In this document: positions 45,189 through 53,212 of the stretch, piece by piece
How the letters are laid out: each line of letters opens with the position of its first letter
Numbering within the stretch: the first letter of the stretch is position 1
NCBI GenBank assembly: GCA_016210545.1
Contig: JACQTY010000032.1
Coordinates: 1 to 53,212, forward strand
DNA: 53,212 nt
Reading direction: 5' to 3'
From: Chloroflexota bacterium
Lineage (GTDB): Bacteria > Chloroflexota > Dehalococcoidia > JACVQG01
Translations under genes and position numbers: made by a program
The notes under the pieces: model-generated
What the model was told of the DNA's origin: nothing
Database searches by the model: none
What the model saw: only the letters and a program-made list of their open reading frames with translations

Positions 45189-46355
45189 TTAGATCACTCC
45201 CTGTCTTCTTAACTTCACCAGAACCTCATAAGAGTACCCCAACCGCCCGCAGTAGACCTCATCGTTGTGCTGGCCCAGTGTCGGCGCCGGTCGCTCCAGG
45301 CGCCACGGAGTCGCCGAAAGGCGGAACGGGGCGCCGGGAAAGGTCACCTTTCCGCCCCCGCCGAAGTCCTGCGAAACGAAGAACCCCCTCGACTGGAACT
45401 GCGGAAAGGCGAGCGCATCCTTCGGCGATAGCACCGGCGAGATGGGACAGCCCAGGGCCTGCCCTCTGGTGAAGATATCCTCCGTGGTGTGCTCCCGCAT
45501 CCAGGCCTCTATCCTGGGCCGGATCTCGCCATAGTGCACCCCCCGGTAGCTCAGGTCCTCGTAATCCGGCGTGGCCCACTCCGGATTACCCATGAGCTCC
45601 GCGAACGCCTTCCACTGCCGGCCATCGGCGAAGATGGCAACTATGTGGCCGTCCTTGCACTCCATCAACCCTCCGGTCCCCGCGGGCTGGTCTACCCGGG
45701 TAGGCGTGACCCCCTCATTGGGGTGGCGGGCGGCCTGGGGACGGTTCATGCTGAGCAAAGCCTCCTGCTGTGAAACGTCGATGATCTGCCCGCGGCCGGT
45801 CATTCGCCGCCAGAACAACGCGGCCAGCGCGGCCACCGCGGCGCTTACCCCGCAGGCGCACTCGCCAGCAAAGCCGCCCATCCGGGTCGGCTCCCGTTTC
45901 AAGTCCGGTGAAGCTGGCGTTAGATAGCCCAGGCCGCTGCCGTGGTACGTATTGAGATAGTAAGCCTTGAAGTCCCGGTACGGGCCGGTCAGGCCGAAGG
46001 CGGTGATGCAGGTAATCACGAGGCGGGGGTTATTCCTCCGTATCGCGGCGTAGTCCAGCCCCGGGCCCACCCCCATGTGTCGGGATTCTGTCCTGTCCGA
46101 GATCAGCACATCGGCGGTGGACAGCAGCTCCGAGAAGACATCCCGGCCCTGCGGGCTTCCAATGTCCAGGGTCACGCCCAGTTTGTTGGTGTTCAGATAG
46201 AGGAAAGCCCGTCTGTCCCTGGCCACATCCCCCGAAGGCGGCTCAACTTTGATCACCTCTGCCCCCAGGTCAGCCATCAGTTTACCGCAGTACGGCCCGG
46301 CGACAAACCGGGCGATCTCAACAACCTTAACGTCAGCGAGGGCTTGGGATGTCAT
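45189..46355 (-). CDS. family III (CaiB/BaiF) CoA-transferase
   Basis: Start ATG 46355 (MTSQALADVKVVEIARFVAGPYCGKLMADLGAEVIKVEPP), a typical family III N-terminus. The track ORF extends to 46505. Confidence 0.85.
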   Translation of the reverse strand: MTSQALADVKVVEIARFVAGPYCGKLMADLGAEVIKVEPPSGDVARDRRAFLYLNTNKLGVTLDIGSPQGRDVFSELLSTADVLISDRTESRHMGVGPGLDYAAIRRNNPRLVITCITAFGLTGPYRDFKAYYLNTYHGSGLGYLTPASPDLKREPTRMGGFAGECACGVSAAVAALAALFWRRMTGRGQIIDVSQQEALLSMNRPQAARHPNEGVTPTRVDQPAGTGGLMECKDGHIVAIFADGRQWKAFAELMGNPEWATPDYEDLSYRGVHYGEIRPRIEAWMREHTTEDIFTRGQALGCPISPVLSPKDALAFPQFQSRGFFVSQDFGGGGKVTFPGAPFRLSATPWRLERPAPTLGQHNDEVYCGRLGYSYEVLVKLRRQGVI

Positions 46356-46392
46356 GCAGCGGCTCCGAGGGATAAAGGCGCCACGTCGCGCC

Positions 46393-47367
46393 CTACTTCT
46401 TGCGGCGGAGGACATATTCGGTGAGGTCGTGCAGGGAGCGGCCTGCGGCTGTAGTGGAAAACGGCTGGATGGCCTCCCGGGCCCGCGCATTGAGTCCGCA
46501 GGCAATGGAATAGCATTCGTCGATTACTTTGGAGTTGGCTACCATCTCCGTGACCTGCCTGACCCCGGCGTCGCCTTCCGCGCCGTCCAGGGCATTTCTG
46601 AGCTTCGTGTCCTGGGGATAGTGCTCCAGCAACAGGATCACCGGCAACGTCAGGGCGCCGTGAAGAAGGTCGGCGCCTACCGGCTTGCCCATTTCCGCCT
46701 CATGGCCAACAAAGTCCAGGATATCATCCACGATCTGGAAGGCCAGCCCGATGTTCCAACCGTAGTCCCGCATGGCCTTTACCGCGGACGGCGGCGCCTG
46801 GCTCAGTACAGCCCCCGATTCACTGGCCAGCCGGAAGAGGGAGGCAGTCTTGCTGCCGATCCATTCGAAATAGTGCTCTTTGCTCCGTTTGGACTCCGGC
46901 GGGGTAAACCCTTGCCGCAACTCGCCGCTGGATACGATCCTCAGGGTCTGGGCAAACAGACTGACGACATGGATGTTCCCGGTGCTGCACACCTTCTCCG
47001 CAGACCGGGCAAAAACGTAGTCGCCGAGCAGCACCGCGACGTTCTGGCCGTGCAAGAAGCTCACTGTGGGCTTGCCGCGTCTCAGTTCGGCCTTGTCGAC
47101 GATGTCATCGTGTACGAGGGTAGCTATGTGGAACAGCTCCACCGAGGCAGCCATAGGGACGAGGCGCCGTGGATCGTACTCATAGAATTGGCCGGAGAGG
47201 AGAGTGACAGCGGGTCGCACCCGCTTGCCCGCCAGCTTCAGAGGGTATTCCAGCAAAGGAGGCATCTGCCTCAGGCTCTCCTCCGAAATGGCGTGCAGGC
47301 ATTCCTCCACCCTCAGCAACTCCGCTTGAACCGGGGCGTAAATCGCCGATAGCTGTGGAGGCTCCAC
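46393..47367 (-). CDS. trans-polyprenyl diphosphate synthase
   Basis: 324 aa with both aspartate-rich motifs (LVHDDIVD and FQIVDDILD). Confidence 0.85.
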   Translation of the reverse strand: MEPPQLSAIYAPVQAELLRVEECLHAISEESLRQMPPLLEYPLKLAGKRVRPAVTLLSGQFYEYDPRRLVPMAASVELFHIATLVHDDIVDKAELRRGKPTVSFLHGQNVAVLLGDYVFARSAEKVCSTGNIHVVSLFAQTLRIVSSGELRQGFTPPESKRSKEHYFEWIGSKTASLFRLASESGAVLSQAPPSAVKAMRDYGWNIGLAFQIVDDILDFVGHEAEMGKPVGADLLHGALTLPVILLLEHYPQDTKLRNALDGAEGDAGVRQVTEMVANSKVIDECYSIACGLNARAREAIQPFSTTAAGRSLHDLTEYVLRRKK

Positions 47368-47369
47368 TG

Positions 47370-49022
47370 TTACGCCCTCCCCATCTTAGCAGTCTCAGCC
47401 TCCACCAACTCTTCCTCCAGCTTGGTGAACAGCGGCTTTGGTTTTGGCAACGGCTGCCCCGGAGAGGGTTTCTGCCACTGCCATCCCCCAGCCTCCACGG
47501 CGCCCTGGAACCCCAGATATTCGTGGAGCTTCTGGGAGCTGAAGGGCAGGAAAGGGTACAGGAGAGTCTTCAGACAGGAGATGGTTGAGATGGCGACATA
47601 TAGAGACGTTCCGGCAGCCGCTTTGTCCTTGTTCTTCCACGGCGCGGTATCGTCCAGGTAGCGGTTAGCCTCCTGGGCCAGCGTCATCGCCGCCCTGATG
47701 GCTTCACGGAAACGGCAGGCCGCCAGGGACTGCTCCACGGCGTTGAACGCAGCCTCGGCTTTGGTCAGCAACGCCTGATCGGTCCCGTTCAGCGGTCCGG
47801 GATGCGGCACGGCGGCATCGAAGTTGCGCTGCACATAGGTCAGCACCCGGTGGGCCAGGTTCCCATAGGTGGCCACCAGCTCGTCATTGTTGCGGCGGAA
47901 GAACTCCTGCCACGAGAAATCGGCGTCCGACGTCTCGGGCATATTAGCGGATAGCAGGTAGCGCAAAGGGTCGGGATCGTAGCGCGCCAGGTAGTCGGGA
48001 AGCCACACCGCCCAGTTGCGGCTGGTAGAGAACTTCCCGCCCTGAAGGGTCAGGAACTCGTTGGCCGGGACATCGTAAGGCAAGCTGTGGCCCTCGTAGC
48101 CCATCAGCATGGCCGGCCAGATTATGGTGTTAAACGGGATGTTGTCCTTGCCGATGAAGTAATAGGCTTTGGCGTCGCCCTCCCAGAAAGGTCGCCACTT
48201 CTCGGGTTGCCCCCCCGCCCACTCGATGGAAGCTGAAAGATAGCCGATTACGGCCTCGAACCACACGTAAATGCGTTTCTTCTCGAAGCCCTCCACAGGC
48301 ACGGGGATGCCCCACTCGATGTCCCTGGTTATGGCTCGGTCCTTCAGCCCCTCCTCCAGATAGCGCTGGGTGAAGTTGAGGACATTGGGCCGCCAGTGGG
48401 TCTGTTTCTTGACCCAGTCCAGCAACCGGGACTGGAAGGCGGTGAGCCGCAGGAAGTAATGCTCCGAGTCCGTCATCTCGGGGTGAGCGCCGCAGATGCG
48501 GCACTTGCTGTCCACCAGATCGACAGGGTTGAGGGGTTTGCCGCACCTGTCGCACTGGTCGCCGCGCGCCCCGGTGAAGCCGCAGAGCGGGCAATTGCCC
48601 TCCACGTACCGGTCGGGCAGGAAGCGGCGGCACTGCGGGCAGTAGGGCTGGGGAGTGGAGTCTTTGAATATGAACCCCTTCTTGAGAAGGGAAAGGAAGA
48701 TGTCGTGGACGACTTTCCGGTGGTTCTCGGTCTCAGTGCTGGTGTAGAGGTCGAAGGAGATGCCCAGCTTCTGCCAGCACTCCATGAACTCCCGGTGCCA
48801 GAAGTTGGCCACATCCTGCGGAGTCTTGCCTTCCTGCTCCGCCCGGATGGTTATGGGTGTGCCGTGCATATCGCTGCCCGATACCATAAGGACCTCGTGG
48901 CCTTTGAGGCGGTGGTAACGGGCAAAAATATCCGGAGCCAAATAGGCCCCGGCGATGTGCCCCAGGTGAAGGGAGCCGTTGGCGTAGGGCCAGGCTACCC
49001 CGATGAGAATTCGCTCCGCCAT
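47370..49022 (-). CDS. metG: methionine--tRNA ligase
   Basis: Start ATG 49022 (MAERILIGVAWPYANGSLHLGHIAG). HIGH motif HLGH, KMSKS-type KFSTS, and zinc knuckles CPQC/CPLC/CDRC/CRIC. The track ORF extends upstream into REP sequence. Confidence 0.9.
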   Translation of the reverse strand: MAERILIGVAWPYANGSLHLGHIAGAYLAPDIFARYHRLKGHEVLMVSGSDMHGTPITIRAEQEGKTPQDVANFWHREFMECWQKLGISFDLYTSTETENHRKVVHDIFLSLLKKGFIFKDSTPQPYCPQCRRFLPDRYVEGNCPLCGFTGARGDQCDRCGKPLNPVDLVDSKCRICGAHPEMTDSEHYFLRLTAFQSRLLDWVKKQTHWRPNVLNFTQRYLEEGLKDRAITRDIEWGIPVPVEGFEKKRIYVWFEAVIGYLSASIEWAGGQPEKWRPFWEGDAKAYYFIGKDNIPFNTIIWPAMLMGYEGHSLPYDVPANEFLTLQGGKFSTSRNWAVWLPDYLARYDPDPLRYLLSANMPETSDADFSWQEFFRRNNDELVATYGNLAHRVLTYVQRNFDAAVPHPGPLNGTDQALLTKAEAAFNAVEQSLAACRFREAIRAAMTLAQEANRYLDDTAPWKNKDKAAAGTSLYVAISTISCLKTLLYPFLPFSSQKLHEYLGFQGAVEAGGWQWQKPSPGQPLPKPKPLFTKLEEELVEAETAKMGRA

Positions 49023-50531
49023 GAACGTCCTTCTTTCCGAAGGTTCATTGTAACATAAAGCAGAGTTATTAGGCAAAGGTATCACGGCCCCCGTCAGGGT
49101 CTTTGCATTTTCGGACACGAGGGAAGCAAAGCGCGATCCTCTTGCAGCGCTGTCACTCAGAGAAGTCCGCCTAGGGCGGACGTCCGAAGAGTCTGGGGCG
49201 GGGTTCGACTCCTTCAGGCGCCCCTCAACCCTCCCGATGTATCGGGACTTCGCGGAGTTTACCCTGAGCAACGCCGAAAGGGGCTCAGCATGACAGATGG
49301 CGCCGCTATTTTCGTGTGATGCGTTTCATAATGCAAAGACCCTGCGGCCCCCGTAATCCGTGGACTGCAATCTAAAATGGTCGACTCCCGGGCGAGCGAG
49401 TTTCCTGGCGTTCCTTCTCGCCACTGGTCCGAGCTGGTATCGGACTCCGCAGTGTGAAGTGGAAGAGAGCCCGAGAGGGGGCAACAGCCTTACCCCTATC
49501 CCTTCCGGATACCGGAAGGGGCCAAAGCGACAGGTGAATCAACGGAGAGTTTCAGTATACGATTGGTCCTGATTCAGGCGGAGAAACGGAGACGCACACG
49601 GCTTGAAGCTGTTCCCGATGCGGTCATCTGGTCCGTTATTTTTCTCTATTCATGCTCCAGTCTCCTCGTCCTCCGCGCCTCCGCGTCTGTCTACACCATC
49701 TTGCCAGAGCGGGGGATTTGCTCCCTCTTTGCCGTCTCTTCGCTTCCCCGTTCGCTTAGGCTCAGAGCTTCAGCTCGCAATGGCAGATAGAACTCCATCC
49801 GCCCCGCCAGGCCATTTGGCCTAGGCGCGCATCTGTCTAAGGGGCTTTTGCCAGGAAATCGCGTACCGCTACGGATTGCCCGTGACTTGCAACGGGACTA
49901 AAGTAAAAGAAAAGACCTCCGCCGCTCTTGAAGGATGGGACGGAGGTCTCGGCGCGAAGAGGGGGCGCCTTTGGGGCCGAAGTGTCGGCCTCCCTTTGGC
50001 AAAGGGAGATTGAGAGAGATTTTGATGGCGGATTCAGGGGTCTTGGGATAGCACAATCAGCAAAAACCCGTAGGAAAAACCCGTAGGTCACACCGATATG
50101 TCGGGACGCCCTCGCCGCTAGCTGCCAAGTATGTGGGCGATTCTACGGGACTTTTTCAGGGAATCTACGGATATTAACAATTGTGGGCAACTCCGTGCAA
50201 GAGTAAGTTGGATAGGAAGACCCCTGCCGCCCTTGCAGGATGGCCGGGGGGTTCAACGCCCAGGGTAACAGGCAGCGCGCCGTTTGCTTCCTAACATCTG
50301 ACGGACGGGCGGCCCCTGACAGCAGGGGGAGGTAGCGACTATGAGGATATGACATCAGACGGTTTGCGTTCCGAAAGGCAGATGCGGCCCAGGGGGTAGT
50401 CCCATCCGAATACGGCATACCCCGGGGACCCGGAACTCTGTACGGGAGACAGGCGACGCCGTGGTGCGGGCCACGATATATCGGGGCTTATACAATGGAC
50501 CCGGCCGCCAGAAGAAAGAGGGTCAGATAAC

Positions 50532-53212
50532 ATGTCGAAAGCGATAGCCATATTTACTGTAGCGGTCATGCTGCTAACACTTATCCCGTTTTTCCCCGGG
50601 ACTGCCAGCGCGGCCCCGGCGCTTCACCGGGTACCAGCGGCGGCGACGACTTCCCAGGTCGCGCTGCTTGACCCTGCCGCGGTGCGGGCGGCGGCCACCG
50701 CCGCCGGCCTGGTCAGCCTGGCCACTGTGGGGGTACCACAGGTCAACAATCTGGGCGATTTCCTCAATGCCGGCCCGGCAGCCAAGAGTATGGCAGTGGT
50801 ACTGGGCAAGTCCCTATTCTGGGACCAGCAGGTGGGCAGCGACGGCCAGGCATGCGCCTCCTGCCATTTTGCCGCCGGCGCCGATAACCGGGCCAAGAAC
50901 CAGTTGAACCCCGGATTCAGAGCCGTTACCTCGGACAACACCTTCGGCAACGCCGCTGTAGCCGGGACTGGCGGCTTTCCCCAGTTCAGACCCAACTACA
51001 CATTAACCGCAAGTGACTTCGCCACCCATCAGGTCACGGAGGCCGACCTGGAGAACTTTAACCACCGGGTCATTGTGCGCAGTACCAATGACGTGGTCTC
51101 CTCCCAGGGGAACTTCAAGGCGAACTTCACAGGCAGCGTCGCCGGGCAGCTAAATGACAATGGCACCGCCGTCGCTGACAATGTCTTCAACGTCGGCGGA
51201 GTCAATGTCCGACGAGTTCCGCCGCGCAACACGCCAACCAACATCAACGCTGTGTTCAATGTCTCCAACTTCTGGGACGGCCGGGCGCACAACAAGTTCA
51301 ACGGTATTAGCCCGATCGGCCCCCTGGACTCCACCGCCACCATCCTGGTCAATGTAAGCGGCACGCTGACGCCGACCGCCGTCAGCATCCCCAACTCCAG
51401 CCTGGCTTCCCAGGCAGTGGGACCGCCGCTGAGCACGGAAGAGATGACGTTCGCCGGCCGGACCTTCCCCGACGTGGGGAAGAAAATGCTGGCGGCGCGG
51501 CCGCTGGCCTTCCAGACGGTCCACCTGAACGACAGCGCTCTGGGTCCCTTCTCCAGGGCGGGCCAGGCTGCCCCGAACAACAAGGGATTGACCTTTGCCA
51601 CCTATACCGAGCTGGTCCAGGCCGTTTTCCAGTCCAAATACTGGGACTCCACCAACGTCATAACCTTCCCGGGCGGTGTCAGGACAATCAATCCAGCGGG
51701 CACGCCCGGCGGGTATACCCAGGCGGAGGCCAACTTCAGCCTGTTCTTTGGCCTCGCCATCCAGGCATGGGAGTCCACGCTGGTGTCGGAAAAGACGCGT
51801 TTTGACCGGTTCATGGAAGGGGATAATGCAGCCCTTGACCAGGACGAGATGAGGGGGCTTCTCATCTTTATCAACGAGGGCACAGGCCCCCAGAAGCTAA
51901 ATCCAATCTTCACTGGCTTAAGTCAGGGCGCCTGCACGGGATGCCACGGCGGCCCGCTATTCAGCGATGCCACCTTCCCCGGCGGGGCGGCCGTGGCGCC
52001 GATCGCCCTGGAAATAGCTCCGGTCATAATCGATGGTCTGCTCTCGGCCGCCGGCAACGAGAAAGTGCTGGTGGACGAGGGGTTCTACAACATCGGCGTC
52101 CGGCCCACCAGTGACGACCTGGGGCGGGGTGGCGTCGAGGCCGGCAAACCCCTTTCCTTCAGCCGCCAGGCGCTGGCTGGACTCCCCTTCGCTCCCGCGG
52201 TACCGTCGGGCGCGCCGGTAAACCCCAGGGCGGCGGTTGACGGGACCTTCAAGGTACCCAGCCTGCGCAACGTGGAGCTGACCGCTCCGTACTTCCATAA
52301 TGGCGGTACGCGCACCCTCAGAGACGTGGTGGAGTTCTACCGCCGGCATGGCGACTTCAGCGATACCAATATCATCAACGTGGATGCTCCCCTGGCTGAC
52401 GTCCTCATAAGGCCACCCGACTTCGCCGGGCGGGACCCGGATGTGGACCGTCTGGTGAGGTTCATGTTGACCCTGACCGATGAGCGGGTGCGCAACGAGA
52501 TGGGCCCGTTCGACCACCCCCAGATCTCAGTGCCCAACGGCCATCCGGTCGATGGCGCCGGCGCTATCCAGTTCACAGTGGTGGATGGAGTGCAGCGGGC
52601 TAACGACACCCTGCTTGATGTCCCCGCGGTAGGCCGCGACGGCAGACAGGCTCAGGCGCTCACGCCGATGAGCGGCTTCCTGAACAATGGCGCCGTTCAG
52701 AGCATCAAGGTCCTGCTCAGTCCAGGATGGAACACCCTATCGACGCCCGTCAGGTTGCACAGCACCAGCGACACCCTGGGTGAGTTTACCACTCTCAATG
52801 GACTGAGTATCCAGGCAGCTTACTCGTGGAACGGGACCATTTTCCAGTTGCTGGACGCCACCTACGTTCTGAATCCCCTCGACGCCATCTATATACAGAT
52901 GAACGCGGCGGCTTCCCCCCAGATCATTCCTTTCGAAGGCACGTCGGCGCCACCCAGTAAGGCGCTGACCGCCGGCTGGAACCTGATCGGGGCAGCCTTC
53001 CTGCAGACGGAGATGCCGGTCACGGACGCCCTCGTTTCCGCCTTCTTTGCCCCCAACACCGGCGTCAACCAGGCCGTTGCCAACCCGCTCTGGGGGTACA
53101 GTCAGGTGGTCAGCCCGACTACCAATATGTTCGACTGGACCTATATACGGGGTTCCGCGGTCATTCCCAACATGCAGGTGGGTGAAGGTTACTGGGTATA
53201 CATGGTTAATGC
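50532..53212 (+). CDS. secreted di-haem cytochrome c peroxidase/MauG-family protein with large insertion and C-terminal extension (3' partial)
   Basis: Not in the supplied ORF track. I translated frame 50532 onward codon by codon and found no stop to the window end (over 890 codons). Signal peptide MSKAIAIFTVAVMLLTLIPFFPGTASA. Haem motifs CASCH (50853-50867) and CTGCH (51933-51947). FKVPSLRNVELTAPYFHNGG signature. Confidence 0.85.
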   Translation, partial: MSKAIAIFTVAVMLLTLIPFFPGTASAAPALHRVPAAATTSQVALLDPAAVRAAATAAGLVSLATVGVPQVNNLGDFLNAGPAAKSMAVVLGKSLFWDQQVGSDGQACASCHFAAGADNRAKNQLNPGFRAVTSDNTFGNAAVAGTGGFPQFRPNYTLTASDFATHQVTEADLENFNHRVIVRSTNDVVSSQGNFKANFTGSVAGQLNDNGTAVADNVFNVGGVNVRRVPPRNTPTNINAVFNVSNFWDGRAHNKFNGISPIGPLDSTATILVNVSGTLTPTAVSIPNSSLASQAVGPPLSTEEMTFAGRTFPDVGKKMLAARPLAFQTVHLNDSALGPFSRAGQAAPNNKGLTFATYTELVQAVFQSKYWDSTNVITFPGGVRTINPAGTPGGYTQAEANFSLFFGLAIQAWESTLVSEKTRFDRFMEGDNAALDQDEMRGLLIFINEGTGPQKLNPIFTGLSQGACTGCHGGPLFSDATFPGGAAVAPIALEIAPVIIDGLLSAAGNEKVLVDEGFYNIGVRPTSDDLGRGGVEAGKPLSFSRQALAGLPFAPAVPSGAPVNPRAAVDGTFKVPSLRNVELTAPYFHNGGTRTLRDVVEFYRRHGDFSDTNIINVDAPLADVLIRPPDFAGRDPDVDRLVRFMLTLTDERVRNEMGPFDHPQISVPNGHPVDGAGAIQFTVVDGVQRANDTLLDVPAVGRDGRQAQALTPMSGFLNNGAVQSIKVLLSPGWNTLSTPVRLHSTSDTLGEFTTLNGLSIQAAYSWNGTIFQLLDATYVLNPLDAIYIQMNAAASPQIIPFEGTSAPPSKALTAGWNLIGAAFLQTEMPVTDALVSAFFAPNTGVNQAVANPLWGYSQVVSPTTNMFDWTYIRGSAVIPNMQVGEGYWVYMVN

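Noticed and set aside
49193-49230. tmRNA or tRNA-like start (GGGGCGGGGTTCGACTCC)
   Set aside because: It resembles the GGGG...GGTTCGAC opening of tmRNA and a T-loop. However, no complementary T-stem, no resume-codon/tag region and no 3' ...CCACCA end could be found on either strand.
49023-49330. T-box leader upstream of metG
   Set aside because: No T-box core (GGTGGTACCGCG-like) or specifier/antiterminator arrangement is visible on the minus strand. The region is made of the same REP-type hairpins seen elsewhere. It also has a 13-nt inverted repeat, CAGGGTCTTTGCA at about 49094-49106 against TGCAAAGACCCTG at about 49332-49344.
50214-50232. B12-box-like GGAAGACCCCTGCCG suggesting a cobalamin riboswitch
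   Set aside because: The other conserved cobalamin-riboswitch cores (GCCACTG, AGGGAA..GGTG..AATCC..CCCGCAAC) are not present in the right order. The downstream gene is a haem peroxidase with no B12 link.
2757-50486. Possibility that the recurrent hairpins form a CRISPR array
   Set aside because: The copies are scattered singly or in mixed clusters across the window. They have no regular repeat-spacer periodicity, and the repeats are only 14-22 nt and palindromic. No cas genes are present.

Overview
High-GC (by eye over 60%, not computed), gene-dense, bacterial-type chromosomal window. Gene content and repeat style suggest an anaerobic Chloroflexota/Dehalococcoidia-like organism, but that placement is a low-confidence inference.

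Two conserved metabolic blocks dominate:
1. A minus-strand Wood-Ljungdahl carbonyl-branch cluster at 5.9-21.7 kb, in the order acsB-acsD-acsC, then acsV, then ferredoxin-AOR-cooC-acsE. No CODH catalytic subunit lies in the window.
2. A plus-strand archaeal-type split glutamate synthase operon at 26.1-33.6 kb. It has a perfect consensus promoter and is followed by an NrpR-like regulator.

Other core genes:
- two crotonases
- an HDAC-like deacetylase
- a Mut7-C RNase-domain protein
- an MBL hydrolase
- two divergent CorA paralogues
- a second AOR
- an MFS transporter and an ABC binding protein
- tRNA-Arg and tRNA-His
- mnmE, a CoA-transferase, a polyprenyl synthase and metG
- a long di-haem peroxidase-like ORF that runs off the 3' end and is missing from the supplied ORF track

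Both metabolic blocks are interrupted by low-GC accessory inserts rich in toxin-antitoxin modules (VapBC, HicBA, Phd-like/ParE remnant, DUF4258/YgiT). Two of these inserts are bracketed by duplicated 3' ends of the neighbouring core genes.

The best candidate for an undescribed system is a compositionally foreign two-gene operon at 22.9-25.0 kb. It encodes an unknown 368-aa protein and a 348-aa protein with a PD-(D/E)XK-type motif. A second candidate is a small protein plus an Rx4H, membrane-anchored protein at 44.1-45.1 kb.

Intergenic DNA is saturated with several families of short palindromic hairpin repeats. A 1.5-kb ORF-free region at 49.0-50.5 kb holds two related structured units.
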